This document shows positions 39,656-49,150 of a DNA stretch of 64,000 bases, in pieces. The translations under genes were made by a program, and so were the position numbers. Position 1 is the stretch's first letter. Each line of letters opens with the position of its first letter. Source of the DNA: a virus. Below the pieces are notes generated by a model, which was given only the letters and a program-made list of their open reading frames with translations, had not been told where the DNA came from and did no database searches. The stretch lies in the IMG/VR virus record IMGVR_UViG_3300035698_018616; one strand, written 5' to 3'.

Positions 39656-40612
39656 TTACAAATACCCACCTAACATTTCTACTACAATCTTACTTACATT
39701 GTATACATACTGCAATTCCTTCTTCTTTAAACCTTGAAGTTCATCAATGTAATCCTTGTCAAACTCTTCCTTAGCGTCATTCAGAACATACTTGATATAT
39801 TTCCCTATTTGCTTTGGATTTGAAATCTCACCATGTTTAGAAAATACACTCAGAAGCCTGTTCTTTGTTATGTAATCCTTGAAACCTTCTTGTAGTTCAA
39901 CCAATTTATCATCTACAGGTTTTCTTTCCCTCTTAGGCTTGACTTCCCCAAACTTTTCTCCCTTCTTCTTTAGATAGAACACGTTACCTATCTTGGTGGT
40001 CGGGGTATCCTCACCATAAGTTATACTATAAATCTTGTTATATGGTTTGATTACTACACCTTCAATGTTATCCCCACCTTCGGGGTACACAAGGCTTTTG
40101 ACATCCTCAACATTAAAATCTAAGGCTTCCTGGAGACCCTTAACTATACCAAAAGAGGGGATCAGAAAATCTTCTATATTGAGTAATGAGAACATATCCT
40201 CCATTTCCCAAGGTGTCAGTAACACATCATTGATAATCATGTCATAAGCCAATAGAAACTTACCATCACCATAATTGATTCTCTTTTGAATACCTGTACC
40301 AAACACCTCACAGTAAACATTAAGAGTGGATTCTGTTTCTTTAGCATATTTCTTTAGCACATCTACAACATCCATATACTTAGTTTCTACAATGAATTGA
40401 ATATTATAGAAATTTTCCTTTGGCCCTACTATACCACTTCTCTTAACTATACTCCATGTACCATCAGATTCAAAGACAAGAGAAATATTGGCACCATCAA
40501 TCTTTACCTGTATGATGTAGTCCTCTGTCTCTAATTCAGGAAACCTTTCCAGCCAATAATCAATTTCTTTTTGCCTATATGAATTATCGATGCTGAAATA
40601 TTTTCTGAACAT
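39656..40612 (-). CDS. RNA ligase, Rnl2 family
   Basis: Motifs VKIDGANIS, EVFG, FLLAYDM, EGVVIKP, YLKKK; C-terminal helical domain. Confidence 0.85.
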   Translation of the reverse strand: MFRKYFSIDNSYRQKEIDYWLERFPELETEDYIIQVKIDGANISLVFESDGTWSIVKRSGIVGPKENFYNIQFIVETKYMDVVDVLKKYAKETESTLNVYCEVFGTGIQKRINYGDGKFLLAYDMIINDVLLTPWEMEDMFSLLNIEDFLIPSFGIVKGLQEALDFNVEDVKSLVYPEGGDNIEGVVIKPYNKIYSITYGEDTPTTKIGNVFYLKKKGEKFGEVKPKRERKPVDDKLVELQEGFKDYITKNRLLSVFSKHGEISNPKQIGKYIKYVLNDAKEEFDKDYIDELQGLKKKELQYVYNVSKIVVEMLGGYL

Positions 40613-40902
40613 TATACACAACCTCCACAACATCCATATGGTATTTCAGAATTAACTTTATTTAAAACACCCTCTTTATATTCTTCTGGAAAACCATCTG
40701 GCCATTCATCAATAGTCCATGGTCCTGATTCAATATGCTCACTCCAATCATCATCAAAATAAACGGAACCACCTGAACTTAAACAATATTCACCAAAATC
40801 CCATTCTTTTCCATCAACAAATACTTGTAAAGTACCTCTACATAAGTTAGGATATTCGCCATTATATTTTATATTTATTTTTGACATTTTATCCCCTTTG
40901 TG

Positions 40903-40979
40903 TGGAAGGCGGAATGGGGGTCGAACCCATAAAATCCAAGATTCAAAGTCTTGTGCCCTACCAGTTGGGCTACCCGCCT
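40903..40979 (-). tRNA. tRNA-Gln(TTG)
   Basis: CAAGA-CTTTGAA-TCTTG, CCA. Confidence 0.88.
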
Positions 40980-41958
40980 TTATTTACCAATCCTCATTTA
41001 CATCACAGTATTTAATTTGATCCCAAAGCTCACTAGAATGTTCTATCATCCAATCTCCTACATCAAGGTATTCACAGTAACCATTCAACTGATGAGGTTT
41101 ACTGTCTATTATTTTCCAGAAAGGACAAAGATACCCATTTGTGCTGTAACAGTATAGACCTTTAGGTATTAATTTTTCTGTTTTCATCTTTTACCAATCT
41201 ATAACATGCTCTAAACATTCTAATTGTCTTTGAATTTTTATGTTTCCAATTTTGACCTTCATACTGAACCCATCCATCTTTTACATCAGTTACTTCAAAA
41301 TATATCTTTCTATCGAATGGAGAATCACTATAATCCAATTCCCATACTTGACCGATTTTCACCTTTGGACCAAAAAACATTCTTAACAGATAATGCATTT
41401 TTCATTTCCTTTCATAGCTTATTGTATCATTTTTTCCAAGACTTGTAAACACCTTCATGATTATAGTATTTTTCAAAATATTCCTCAAAAAACATACCCT
41501 CATATTGATATTTCCTTAATTGTAAGTATATCGTACCAGCTAAATCTACTAATTCATCTCTTGGTATATAAGGATTATGATTATCTTCATATGTACAGAT
41601 TCTAAGACTACCCATTACTCAAACCACTCCTTTCCTTCCTCTTCTAATATGAGTTCTTTTTCATAATCCAACATCCTTCGTAAAATCTTCGAATCCTCTT
41701 TATTGAGTATGAGGTTGGGTTCTTGTAATTTATCGATCTCAATGAATCGTTTAACAACAGCACTATTAGTCCTTATCATGTCTTTTCTAAAGAGATTGAA
41801 TTGTACCTCATTATCCTCTATCCTCTTTTGAATTCTATTTAACCTTTTTCTACTAATAAACATTTTACCCCCTTCTTACAACATTAGAAAAATTACCGTT
41901 AGAAGTAATAACATCATGTATATATACATTTCGTGTGGTTCCATTGTATTCTCTTTTT

Positions 41959-42042
41959 TGGTACCGCTACCCGGAGTCGAACCGGGACGCCCGAAGGCAC
42001 AGGATCTAAGCCTGCTGATTAGGCCAATTCATCTATAGCGGC
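41959..42042 (-). tRNA. tRNA-Leu(TAG)
   Basis: GCAGG-CTTAGAT-CCTGT, variable hairpin, ACCA. Confidence 0.88.
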
Positions 42043-42257
42043 ATATTATTTATGAATAAAAAATGATTTGTTATACCCCATGTCTGATTTTGGGACAACG
42101 TGAGCATTTCCAATCGAAATTCTCATCTCGAAACCATTTCTTAATAGATACAGGACCATTCATGTTTCTTGGCACAAATTTAATCGTTTTATCAAATTTA
42201 TGAAAACCAAACTTGCAAAGTAATTTTTTCATTTACGGTCTCCTCTTTATAATCTTA

Positions 42258-42333
42258 TGGTAGGGATGATGGGATTCGAACCCATACTGTACGGATTTTA
42301 AGTCCGCTGACTCTGCCGTTGGCCTACACCCCC
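42258..42333 (-). tRNA. tRNA-Leu(TAA), short variable region
   Basis: GCGGA-CTTAAAA-TCCGT, ACCA. Confidence 0.88.
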
Positions 42334-42334
42334 A

Positions 42335-42414
42335 TGGTGCTCATTCCCGGAGTCGAACCGGGAAACTGTTAGATTTGAGCTAACAAGGTATGCCAAGATT
42401 CCCTTCAAATGAGC
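42335..42414 (-). tRNA. tRNA-Leu(CAA), short variable region
   Basis: GTTAG-CTCAAAT-CTAAC, ACCA. Confidence 0.82.
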
Positions 42415-42421
42415 ATAAATT

Positions 42422-42697
42422 TTAAGATCTTGTTAACCAGTACATTATACTTGCTATTGAAACACCAAATAATGCCAAAATACCAATAATAACTAAAAAT
42501 CCTAAACCTATTGCAAATCCTGCCCACAATGGACATAATACCCACCACCATGACCAAGCAATATAACCTGTCAACTTTAGTGTTATGAATACAACAGTTA
42601 ATAAACCAGCAAACCCTATTCCACCACTTGAACTTGACATATTCTTCTCCTTTGTAATTACACCATCAACTGTTTCCTTGTAATTAAATAGATCCAT
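42422..42697 (-). CDS. Small membrane protein (paralog of 63678..63899)
   Basis: LKLTGYIAWSWWWVLCPLW. Confidence 0.75.
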   Translation of the reverse strand: MDLFNYKETVDGVITKEKNMSSSSGGIGFAGLLTVVFITLKLTGYIAWSWWWVLCPLWAGFAIGLGFLVIIGILALFGVSIASIMYWLTRS

Positions 42698-42710
42698 CTT
42701 CCTCCTTTTA

Positions 42711-42786
42711 TGGAGCCGTTGATGGGTTCTGACCCCACTACCTTCTACTTACCAAGCAGATGCTCTACCAACTGAGCTACAACGGC
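42711..42786 (-). tRNA. tRNA-Thr(GGT)
   Basis: TCTGC-TTGGTAA-GTAGA, U73-CCA. Confidence 0.88.
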
Positions 42787-43016
42787 TTATTATCCTTCAT
42801 GTAAGCAACATAGTGATTATCAATACTCTTAATGGCATCGTTCAGACAACCTTTGCATAAGATCATGGATGCGCCCGTAGGAATAGAATATCTCATATAC
42901 ACTTCTGTTTGGCAGCCACATAAAGAACAAACCATCCATTCATTCTCAAATCCACCCTTTTCATTTCTCCAATTATCTACAACCATTCCAGACATACTAT
43001 ATGCTCCTTTGTATTT

Positions 43017-43105
43017 TGGTGAGGGATGAAGGAATCGAACCTCCTGACCGACCACCCTGCATAATAGGTCCAGCGGGTTACAGCCGCCGACAGGGAACAT
43101 CCCCC
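43017..43105 (-). tRNA. D-armless tRNA-Tyr(GTA)-like
   Basis: GGGGGAT/ATCCCTC-ACCA, GGCGG-CTGTAAC-CCGCT, T arm; 10 nt in place of the D arm; 27-nt variable region. Confidence 0.75.
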
Positions 43106-43117
43106 ATATATTCTTTT

Positions 43118-43210
43118 TGGCAGTGAGTAGGGGATTTGAACCCCTGGTGCCTTTACAGGTCACGCTGGTTTAGCAAACCAGTACCATAAACCAAACTCGG
43201 CCAACTCACT
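43118..43210 (-). tRNA. tRNA-Ser(GCT)
   Basis: CTGGT-TTGCTAA-ACCAG, long variable arm, GCCA. Confidence 0.9.
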
Positions 43211-43281
43211 ATAATTTCTGTGGAGAGAGCTGGGTTATTCATACCCTTTATTAACGCCCGCCCTCAAGGCGTATTAAATTT

Positions 43282-43356
43282 TGGAGCAGGTGGAGGGGAT
43301 TGAACCCTCGTATTCTGGGTGGAAGCCAAAAATTTTACCAATTAAATTACACCTGC
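43282..43356 (-). tRNA. tRNA-Gly(TCC)
   Basis: Loop CTTCCAC, GCAGGTG acceptor, U73-CCA. Confidence 0.82.
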
Positions 43357-43926
43357 ACTTCTTTTTCTCCAATTTCTTCTATCTTCTCTTATACAATTTT
43401 CATTTCTACTACCATAATTATCAGTTAGTGAATGACAATTAGGACACAGAAGTTCTAAATTTTCCTCTTTATTATTTTTACAATTACCATCAATATGATG
43501 AACTGTCAACGGTATATTACCAGTATGTATGTTTGTTCTTGACCAACCACATTCTTGGCATTCGTTATCATATATTTCAAACATATACCTTCTTATATGG
43601 CGAGATAAATATTCGTTATCATTCGAACCCTTTTCTAATCCTTGTTTCCACCTTTCAATGTATTGTTTATATGTATATTCCCATTGACATTGGTGATTAC
43701 AATACTTTTTTCTGTAATTATCTAACAACTTCTTTCCACAATTCAAACAATGTGTGTAAACTTCTCTCGGTATGTAAGGTTTACCACCACTTAATGTTTC
43801 ACTTACTTTCTTTTTTGTTTCATATGACCTTGCTCCTCTACTGTTAGCACAAGACCTACAACAAAATCTACCACTTCCGAAACTTCCATCATGTTCTTTA
43901 CCGCATTTCTCATTCTCACATTTCAT
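43342..43926 (-). CDS. HNH homing endonuclease
   Basis: RFCCRSCAN; CQECGW...LTVHHIDGN...NLELLCPNCHS. Confidence 0.9.
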   Translation of the reverse strand: MKCENEKCGKEHDGSFGSGRFCCRSCANSRGARSYETKKKVSETLSGGKPYIPREVYTHCLNCGKKLLDNYRKKYCNHQCQWEYTYKQYIERWKQGLEKGSNDNEYLSRHIRRYMFEIYDNECQECGWSRTNIHTGNIPLTVHHIDGNCKNNKEENLELLCPNCHSLTDNYGSRNENCIREDRRNWRKRSAGVI

Positions 43927-43954
43927 AATTTGAACCTCCAATATTTTATACTCT

Positions 43955-43962
43955 TATTTATA
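43955..43962 (-). promoter_or_regulatory. T4-type late promoter TATAAATA
   Basis: Exact consensus ~30 nt upstream of the HNH start. Confidence 0.65.
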
Positions 43963-44258
43963 CTCTTGGTTCAAATTTTTCCATATTCTATCAATTAAAC
44001 ATCACACCCGCTAATTATCCTTTTAATCAAAATATGTTGGTATACCCTTTGTTTTCAAGTTAAACCAACGTTCATAATCCCAGGAATACACAGCATATTT
44101 GATACCAGGAACCATAGGTACAGTTTGTCCGTTCATCCATTTACCAAACTCTTCCTTGTATTTTTCAGGGATATCATTTTCATCAACATAAGAGATAAAT
44201 TCATCTCCATCCTCATCATAGTAGTATCTCTTAACTTTTGTATTTCCTATTTTATCCA

Positions 44259-44906
44259 TTATACCATCCCCTTTTCTGATTGTAAACCCACCAATATAGG
44301 TAACAGGTTCTTGAATTTTCTTGGTTTATAATGCATCTGTTCCACACTTACATTCATATACTTACATCCATTAAAGCCTTCCCAAACAAACAGGGACTTC
44401 TGATGCCAGTGCCCGTGAATGCAATAACATCCTTTACCAAGGTCATCGTCTTGTAGAGGTCTATGTGTAAAATAAACTATCTTATCATCCTCTAATTTAC
44501 CACTATGTACTACGAATGGACCTATTTTAGTTATACCTACATCCTTATACCATTGTTTACCATGTCTATCGTGATTACCACCTATCATAATGATGTTTCC
44601 ATTCAACATAGAGGTAACTTCTTTGGTCATTTCTTTATTACCAAGAGAAAAATCACCAAGATGGAGTACTGTATCATCATCCTTAATCACATCATTCCAA
44701 TTATTTATACATATCTCTTGCCAATCTTGGGGTCTACCGCAATACTCAATTATGTTCTTATGCCAAAAATGTGTATCACTTATGAGCCATATTTCTTGTA
44801 ATTCCTCCCATGTAAAAAAATTCATATACCCTTTATAACTGTTTTTCTGAAATTTTTGTTGTAATTTATCCAACACTGCCTGCACTTTCCATGGATCATA
44901 TTTCAT
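44259..44906 (-). CDS. Calcineurin-like metallophosphoesterase
   Basis: ISDTHFWH, HLGDF, GGNHD, FTHRP, IHGHWH, NVSVE. Confidence 0.92.
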   Translation of the reverse strand: MKYDPWKVQAVLDKLQQKFQKNSYKGYMNFFTWEELQEIWLISDTHFWHKNIIEYCGRPQDWQEICINNWNDVIKDDDTVLHLGDFSLGNKEMTKEVTSMLNGNIIMIGGNHDRHGKQWYKDVGITKIGPFVVHSGKLEDDKIVYFTHRPLQDDDLGKGCYCIHGHWHQKSLFVWEGFNGCKYMNVSVEQMHYKPRKFKNLLPILVGLQSEKGMV

Positions 44907-44930
44907 CACGACATCTTCCTTTCTTAATTT

Positions 44931-45004
44931 TGGTAGCCGGAGAAGGAGTTGAACCCTCATTAATCGCTCATCAGGCGACTTTCTTACCGTTAGAAGACCC
45001 GGCC
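44931..45004 (-). tRNA. tRNA-Ile(GAT)
   Basis: GTCGC-CTGATGA-GCGAT, ACCA. Confidence 0.8.
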
Positions 45005-45016
45005 ATAGCTTTATTA

Positions 45017-45091
45017 TGGAGCCCCGAGAGGGAATTGAACCCACGTCTAAAGGTTACAAATCTTTTGTTCTACCAATTAAACTATCAGGGC
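45017..45091 (-). tRNA. tRNA-Thr(TGT)
   Basis: Loop TTTGTAA, U73-CCA. Confidence 0.85.
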
Positions 45092-45100
45092 TTGATATTT

Positions 45101-45179
45101 TGGCGGTGGTAGCGGGATTTGAACCCGCGACATTTCGGGCGACAACCGAATATCCTCGACCTGACTAGATCATACCACC
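45101..45179 (-). tRNA. tRNA-Asp(GTC)
   Basis: TTCGG-TTGTCGC-CCGAA, GCCA. Confidence 0.88.
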
Positions 45180-45193
45180 ATATTCATTTCATT

Positions 45194-45269
45194 TGGGTCA
45201 AACGAGGGGAGTCGAACCCCCTAACACTTGATTCACAGTCAAGTCCCGCGCCGTTTAGGTTCGTTTGAC
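45194..45269 (-). tRNA. tRNA-His(GTG)
   Basis: CTTGA-CTGTGAA-TCAAG, G-1:C73, CCA. Confidence 0.82.
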
Positions 45270-45288
45270 ATAATTCGGGTAAGGAATG

Positions 45289-46407
45289 TTACTTACTTAC
45301 CCCTTTTATATTTATTATTGGTTTTATATAGTCCACAACTTCAATAACGATACCTTCTTGTCTACTCATAACATCACTGATATCTTTATAAGCAAACCGT
45401 GATTCATCTAAGGTACTTTTATCAGCTTTACAGACTATACCTTCCATATCCTTGATAAAATCATCTAAGTCTATGGTTTCCTTTGCTTTTCTACGACTAA
45501 ATCTCCTTCCTGCTCCATGAGAAGCGGAAGATAAATATTCATCATTACCTAAACCCTTTGTAACATATACACCATCTTTCATGTTACCAGGTATCACACC
45601 TAATTGTCCTTTGTCTGCTGGTGTTGCACCCTTACGATGTAAAACTGTACCATCAGATTGAACAATAGCATGGTTATGATTTTCGTTTATCATATCACGA
45701 ATATACATATGATGTAAACCTAAAATCTCTAACACCTTTTCCATCATTATCTTTCGATTATATAATGCATATTCTTGGGCAAACTTCATATCTTGTAAGT
45801 AGGCTTTACCATACTCACCATCTAAGTGCAAGAAACCATTAGGCAAATCTTTATCTACATTCTTGGACAACTTCATCCAATAAGACGCTATGCTATGTCC
45901 TATGTTACGAGAACCCGAATGTATGGTTATGGATAAAGAACCTCTACTATATGCTTCACCTATCTCTATAAAGTGATTACCACTACCTAAAGTGCCAATT
46001 TGTACCCACAATCTTTTTGCAACCTTTTTATCTAATTTTTTATCACCACTTGCAGATTTGAAAGATTTATAGTCCAATCCTTTCTCTCTGGAATTAAATC
46101 CTACAGGTATCTTTTCATATATATCATCAAATATGTAGTTCTCTTTACCATATATATAAGATACATGTTCACCGGACATTATACAACACATGCCGCATCC
46201 GATGTCATAGCCAACGTAAGAAGGAGAGATAACACCATCCAATAAAGCAACCCCACCTATTGGTAAAGAATACCCTACATGACAATCAGGCATTACAGCC
46301 AACACTTTCAAGAAATCCAAATTCAAAGCATAGTATATTTGTTGCTGAGCTTCTTGTTCTAATTCCTCTAAGGGTATCAAAGTTCTTAATTTATCTAAGT
46401 TAGCCAT
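45289..46407 (-). CDS. rtcB: RtcB RNA ligase
   Basis: MPDCH.G..LPIG, VGYDIGCG, GTLGSGNHFIE, HSGSR, NHNH, HRKGAT, PGNM, SHGAGR, DESR.AYKDI. Confidence 0.97.
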   Translation of the reverse strand: MANLDKLRTLIPLEELEQEAQQQIYYALNLDFLKVLAVMPDCHVGYSLPIGGVALLDGVISPSYVGYDIGCGMCCIMSGEHVSYIYGKENYIFDDIYEKIPVGFNSREKGLDYKSFKSASGDKKLDKKVAKRLWVQIGTLGSGNHFIEIGEAYSRGSLSITIHSGSRNIGHSIASYWMKLSKNVDKDLPNGFLHLDGEYGKAYLQDMKFAQEYALYNRKIMMEKVLEILGLHHMYIRDMINENHNHAIVQSDGTVLHRKGATPADKGQLGVIPGNMKDGVYVTKGLGNDEYLSSASHGAGRRFSRRKAKETIDLDDFIKDMEGIVCKADKSTLDESRFAYKDISDVMSRQEGIVIEVVDYIKPIINIKGVSK

Positions 46408-46724
46408 TTCTTATTCACACTCTACACCTTTCAATTTCATATTTCTTGTTATATCCTCTACTTTGGCATCCCTCCACCTATATTCAGTTGTATTAAAAGG
46501 TACATCATAGTATTTTTCTTCCACCTGTAATATTAATTTTCCTTTTTTATCAACTCTGAACCGTTTCAAATCAGTTAATTTCATAATACATTTTATCCTT
46601 TCTCACTTTAATTTCTCAACCCATTCTTTATACATCTTCTTATTCTCTTCTTCTGTAAGTGCTTGACCTTCAAGAGTCATTGTATGAGAAGCTCGTTCAA
46701 CCCATTTCTTCACCAGTCTCTTAA

Positions 46725-46813
46725 TGGAGGAGAGTGAGGGACTCGAACCCTCAAAAGCATTACCTTTAGACACGCTTCCAACATGATTGACTTTCCCCAC
46801 TGTCCAACTCTCC
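46725..46813 (-). tRNA. tRNA-Ser(GGA)
   Basis: GGAGAGT acceptor, loop TTGGAAG, long variable arm. Confidence 0.8.
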
Positions 46814-47036
46814 TTTATATTTCCTTAGCAATTTTGTTTAATTGGTCTAATACTACTGATTTTACTTCACTATAGGCATTTTGTAAACTCTCACCTTCTA
46901 AAACATCCACAGTCAACCCTACTTGGATTTTTTTGGATTCATAATTACCAATATTTACAGTTCTTGATAACGTTACCTCAATTTTTTCATTCTTCCAAGA
47001 TTTTTCATGCATCACACTTTCCTCCTTTTTAATTTA

Positions 47037-47112
47037 TGGTAGGAGCGGGGAGAATCGAACTCACCGATACCCGGCTTAAAAGGCCGGTGCCATTCCACTT
47101 GGCTACGCTCCC
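47037..47112 (-). tRNA. tRNA-Lys(TTT)
   Basis: CCGGC-CTTTTAA-GCCGG, ACCA. Confidence 0.9.
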
Positions 47113-47129
47113 ATAATGTTAATTTTTAA

Positions 47130-47207
47130 TGGCGGGTGCCAGGAGACTTGAACTCCTATCTTATAGTTTAACAGACTATTGCTCTATCCTATTTGAGCTA
47201 AGCACCC
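47130..47207 (-). tRNA. tRNA-Asn(GTT)
   Basis: ATAGT-CTGTTAA-ACTAT, GCCA. Confidence 0.9.
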
Positions 47208-48127
47208 AAATTGTAATTACTTTCATGTTTTATTATATCATAAAACTCTCTTATTTGTCTATATAACTTTTTTCTTCCATTTTTTGTATACGGTACAAAC
47301 CATTGAATTCTATATACTGTATAACCATTTTTAGTTAAATAGGCATCTTTTTTTATATCACTTTCCATCCTTCTTTTTTGTCTATGTTGTTTACCATCAA
47401 CCTCTAATACTATTCTATCATTTATTACAAAATCAGCAAAATATTTACCTATTTTCTTTTCCCTTATATAATCTATGTCTTCTTCTTTAAAAACATCCAT
47501 AAAATATTGTTCAGGATATGATGGTTTTAATTTTGTTCTTGTAGCCCAACCTTTAAAAGAACTTCTCTTTGCTATTTCTTTTCCTATTCTTATAGCTTGT
47601 TTTATATATTCCGGATCTTTAGGAAGACATTTTTTACACAAACCCCATTTTGTTTTTCTTCTTAATACTTTACCACAATTCTTACATATATTCTTTGCAT
47701 GTTTAGGAAAACATTCCTTACAAAATACTCTTTTAGGGTCCGTTTGTAATTTAACTGTTACTAATTCACTACAATCACAACATTTTACATCCTTAAACCC
47801 ATCCACTTTTCTTTTATCAGCAAAATATATATTGGAACATTTATAGGAACATGTTGTATTGTTATCCTTCCCACTAGTTTCAAATTCTTTGTTACATTGC
47901 GGACACACTTTCTTTATAATTTTTTCATATTTTCTATTTCTCCATTGTTTATCAAAATGTGTAGTATCAATATCATATGTTTCTATATATTCTTTTAGTA
48001 TAAGAGTAGTATCACCTTTAGTATATCCAAATAAATTTATTGATATATCATTTCTATTCTTATTATTACTGATACTTTCCTTGATTCTTTCATGTCCGAA
48101 TTTTCGTATAAAGTTTTCTAATTTCAT
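47198..48127 (-). CDS. Homing-type endonuclease, DUF559/Vsr-like domain with Zn fingers
   Basis: CPQC..TTCSYKC, CKNCG..LCKKC; SYPEQYF, YFADF, LEVDG.QH, D.KKDAYL...GYTVYRI. Confidence 0.85.
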   Translation of the reverse strand: MKLENFIRKFGHERIKESISNNKNRNDISINLFGYTKGDTTLILKEYIETYDIDTTHFDKQWRNRKYEKIIKKVCPQCNKEFETSGKDNNTTCSYKCSNIYFADKRKVDGFKDVKCCDCSELVTVKLQTDPKRVFCKECFPKHAKNICKNCGKVLRRKTKWGLCKKCLPKDPEYIKQAIRIGKEIAKRSSFKGWATRTKLKPSYPEQYFMDVFKEEDIDYIREKKIGKYFADFVINDRIVLEVDGKQHRQKRRMESDIKKDAYLTKNGYTVYRIQWFVPYTKNGRKKLYRQIREFYDIIKHESNYNLGA

Positions 48128-48143
48128 TTTTACCTCCTTCATA

Positions 48144-48151
48144 TATTTATA
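48144..48151 (-). promoter_or_regulatory. T4-type late promoter TATAAATA
   Basis: Exact consensus just upstream of the endonuclease RBS. Confidence 0.65.
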
Positions 48152-48199
48152 CAAAAGAGGTCATTTTTATAGGTTTTGAACCCAAAGAAATAAACTTTT

Positions 48200-48273
48200 T
48201 CAGGTAGGTGGGGCTCGAACCCACATAGTCTCCGGTCCAGACGGAGTAGGCAACCAATTGCCCTCACTACCTG
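48200..48273 (-). tRNA. tRNA-Pro(TGG)
   Basis: C1-G72/A73, CTCCG-TCTGGAC-CGGAG (C33); no encoded CCA. Confidence 0.78.
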
Positions 48274-48445
48274 AAAAAATTTACTACTCTTTATATATCC
48301 TTTCCCAACATTCTCTACACAATTGACCTGCGCCTTCCACATAGTACATTCTATAGTCAATATGTGTTTCCTGTTCATATTCAGTTTCTTTACCACATGA
48401 TGCACATTTATCTTTCATTTGTCTTAATCTCCTTATTTTCAATAT

Positions 48446-48519
48446 TGGTGGAAGCTGAGGGAATCGAACCCTCGTCCCTGCCTTGCAAAAGCAGAATTCT
48501 TCCGTTAAACTAAGCCCCC
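48446..48519 (-). tRNA. tRNA-Ala(TGC)
   Basis: G3.U70, loop TTTGCAA, ACCA. Confidence 0.88.
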
Positions 48520-48712
48520 ATATTTATTCTCTTATTTCTTTCAATTCACATACTATATTCTTTATAACGTGACATTTTTTCTTAGAACAGTATAGTACAT
48601 CAAATGTTCTACAACTACCATAACCATCTAATGCTTCTACCTTTGCTGTTTCAGCGTACTTACATATTCTATCACAAAACTTCATTCTTGTAAACCCCCT
48701 CGTAATTGTTAA

Positions 48713-48790
48713 TGGAACGCCTGGAGGGACTCGAACCCCCGACTTTTTGATTCGTAGTCAAAATCTCTAATTCCACTGAGTTACAGGCGC
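48713..48790 (-). tRNA. tRNA-Arg(ACG)
   Basis: TTTGA-CTACGAA-TCAAA, CCA. Confidence 0.9.
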
Positions 48791-48796
48791 TTAGTT

Positions 48797-48873
48797 TGGT
48801 GGAGGATACTGGAATCGAACCAGCAACTACCCGGTACTTCACACCGGAGCTCTACCGTTGGAGCTAATCCTCC
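48797..48873 (-). tRNA. tRNA-Phe(GAA)
   Basis: CCGGT-GTGAAGT-ACCGG, ACCA. Confidence 0.82.
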
Positions 48874-48878
48874 TCTTT

Positions 48879-48955
48879 TGGCACGTCTGGAGAGATTTGA
48901 ACTCCCATCATCTAGTTTTGGAGACTAGTGCCTTAGCCAGTTAGACCACAGACGC
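48879..48955 (-). tRNA. tRNA-Trp(CCA), first gene of the array
   Basis: CTAGT-CTCCAAA-ACTAG, GCCA. Confidence 0.9.
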
Positions 48956-48960
48956 ACAAT

Positions 48961-48996
48961 AAAAAAGGGTTTCTACTTTGTATGGCAGAAACCCTT
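48961..48996 (-). terminator. Intrinsic terminator (attenuator) immediately upstream of the tRNA array
   Basis: AAGGGTTTCTGC-catacaaa-GTAGAAACCCTT + TTTT; 5 nt from the tRNA-Trp 5' end. Confidence 0.85.
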
Positions 48997-49027
48997 GGGT
49001 ATTACTTCTTCTATGGATTTCTACCGC

Positions 49028-49132
49028 TTACATTGGTTCTGTCCTCTTATCATTAATATTAAGCAAACCTGACCATGCCGGACTCGCAGTAAGATAATGT
49101 TTTCTAAATTGTAAGTGTCGTTTATTCTCCAT
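49028..49132 (-). CDS. Putative attenuator leader peptide MENKRHLQFRKHYLTASPAWSGLLNINDKRTEPM
   Basis: TAAGGA RBS 8 nt before ATG; 34 codons; stop 2 nt before a strand complementary to the terminator 5' arm. Confidence 0.75.
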   Translation of the reverse strand: MENKRHLQFRKHYLTASPAWSGLLNINDKRTEPM

Positions 49133-49150
49133 AATTTTATTCCTTATTTC

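Noticed and set aside
43220-43275. tRNA 3'-half-like fragment (GGGT-ATGAATA-ACCC...CTCTCTCCA)
   Set aside because: No matching 5' acceptor strand or other arms; probably a remnant.
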